Shown here in pieces: positions 41,828 through 42,913 of a stretch of 42,913 nt of DNA. How positions within the stretch are numbered: the stretch's first letter is position 1; every line of letters begins with the position of its first letter. Under the pieces are notes generated by a model that was given only the letters and a program-made list of their open reading frames with translations, was not told the DNA's origin and searched no databases. The DNA comes from a virus (Duplodnaviria; Caudoviricetes). The position numbers and the translations under genes were made by a program. The DNA lies in the IMG/VR virus record IMGVR_UViG_3300044472_000050, positions 1 through 42,913 of that record; one strand, given 5' to 3'.

Positions 41828-42391
41828 ATGACCCACGAGCTCCGAGTCCCGGGCGCGCCGGCCGCGCGGATCCTCCCCGCGATCGAGCGGCTTCTCGCCG
41901 GCCTCGCCGGCGCCTGCCAGCGGATCGAGCTGGCCGGCGCCGCGCGCCGCGGGGAGCGGAACCTCGACTGGGTGGACCTCCTCGCGATCCCGAAGATCGA
42001 GCCTGCGGGTCAGGGGGCCGCGGCGCACAACTACCTCTGGGCCACCCTCGAGGGGATGCCGGGCCTGGCCCGCCTCAAGTGGGGCGGGGCGCTCATGCGG
42101 AGCTTCTATTTCCCATACACCCCGGACGACGTCGTCCAGGTCAATCTCTACACGACCCGGCCGGAGAATTGGGGCATCGCGCATATCCATCGGACCGGGA
42201 GCGAGGGCTTCTGGCACTGGATCATGGCGAGGATGAAGGCGCGGAACCTGGCGCCGATCGACGGCCAGGTCCTCCGGATTCCCGAGAACCACATTGTACC
42301 GATCGCCGAGGAGGCGGATCTCTTCCGGCTCCTTGACATGCATGTCTTCCCGCCGAACACCCGAAAGGGGCCGGAGGCGAGCCGGTGGTAG
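41828..42391 (+). CDS. Truncated PolX (DNA polymerase beta-like palm/thumb), catalytic residues degenerate
   Basis: RIELAGAARRG...VDLL...QVNLY...WG...RTGS..F...EEADLFRLL..PP..R follows the PolX motif order. Confidence 0.75.
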   Translation: MTHELRVPGAPAARILPAIERLLAGLAGACQRIELAGAARRGERNLDWVDLLAIPKIEPAGQGAAAHNYLWATLEGMPGLARLKWGGALMRSFYFPYTPDDVVQVNLYTTRPENWGIAHIHRTGSEGFWHWIMARMKARNLAPIDGQVLRIPENHIVPIAEEADLFRLLDMHVFPPNTRKGPEASRW

Positions 42392-42434
42392 CCCGAACGA
42401 ATCTCCCGGGACCCTCCCTGGGGGGGGGTAGGCC

Positions 42435-42913
42435 GTGAAGGAGCATCCGAAAGATGAGGCCGATCGGATTGGCTGGTTCCCGATGCCGGCGTTCAGCCCG
42501 AGGACCCAATGGATCGGGGACGATTCCGAGACGCTCGCGGCCTGGACCAGGCTCTGGGCTTCCACGAAGTCGTGGCCCTCGAGCGCGCGATTCCGCGGCC
42601 GCAAGGTCCCCCTCGAGGTCGGGCAGCTGGCCACGACGTACCTCGGCTTCGCCGATCTCTGCGGCTGGAGCCGGAACCGCGTGAAGACTTTCTTCTCGGA
42701 ACTCATCAAGAGCGAGGAGCTGCTGGTGACGCCGCGCTCCTACGACCCCGAATCGGACACTTGGAAGGACAGCAAATCGGACAGCGGATTGCTCGTCTTA
42801 ACCCTTCTCTGCCATCCATTTAGGAAAAGCGAATCCGAGATCCGGACAGCGGATCGGACAGCGAAAAGGACAGGGGATGAGGGGAAAGGACAGGAAAAGG
42901 ACAGGGAAAGGAC
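42435..42913 (+). CDS. N-terminal part of phage replication initiator (winged-helix)
   Basis: GTG at 42435 after a G-run SD; GWFPMP...VPLEVGQLATTYLGFADLCGWSRNRVKTFFSEL typical of phage initiators; open to the window end, and on circular joining it stops at TAG 145-147. Confidence 0.7.
   Translation, partial: MKEHPKDEADRIGWFPMPAFSPRTQWIGDDSETLAAWTRLWASTKSWPSSARFRGRKVPLEVGQLATTYLGFADLCGWSRNRVKTFFSELIKSEELLVTPRSYDPESDTWKDSKSDSGLLVLTLLCHPFRKSESEIRTADRTAKRTGDEGKGQEKDRER
42753..42878 (+). repeat. Terminal direct repeat (copy 2)
   Basis: Identical to 1-126. Confidence 0.97.

Larger units (their letters stand above)
1..42752. mobile_element. Complete circular temperate tailed-phage genome (lambda-like head, short non-contractile tail, tyrosine integrase)
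   Basis: Terminase-portal-protease-capsid-tail-fibre-membrane gene order, integrase, replication initiator; ends overlap by 126 identical bases; no host housekeeping genes seen. Confidence 0.93.

Noticed and set aside
42420-42428. G9 tract as a phase-variation switch
   Set aside because: Intergenic and positioned as the SD of the initiator GTG; length change would not shift any frame
1-42913. Frequent CTCGAG and CGATCG words as a dedicated repeat system
   Set aside because: Largely explained by preferred codon pairs (CTC-GAG, GCG-ATC-G) in high-GC genes; enrichment not computed
1-42913. Host assignment
   Set aside because: No host genes, spacer matches or att junctions are visible; high GC and lipobox/membrane genes are not enough to name a taxon

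Overview
The window is an apparently complete, circularly permuted genome of about 42.75 kb from a high-GC temperate tailed phage. Bases 1-126 recur exactly at 42753-42878. Almost all genes are on the + strand, in this order: a replication initiator across the junction with an internal 12-bp-period iteron array; small early genes (Lar-like, HD-domain); a lambda-type packaging/head module (Nu1-like TerS, GpA TerL, gpW-like, portal, S49 protease with nested scaffold, DUF2190-like decoration, major capsid); a non-contractile tail module with a very short (206 aa) tape-measure-like protein; a GT8-like glycosyltransferase; fibre genes; and membrane/lysis genes with no recognisable endolysin. Then come an atypical tRNA, a dif-like candidate attP and a XerC/D-like integrase on the - strand. 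An early operon follows (LacI-type HTH, ParB, triple zinc-finger, MazG-like, Gp37/Gp68-like, degenerate PolX). The most striking observation is a reverse-strand, self-promoted, membrane-anchored gene inside the tail operon (19099-19428). Its last 53 residues are co-terminal with the C-terminus of the phage's own tape-measure-like protein and align without gaps at 25/50 identity. It is a candidate tape-measure-mimic superinfection-exclusion or tail-blocking system. All product calls come from motif recognition and gene order only; no database search was run and the host is not determined.
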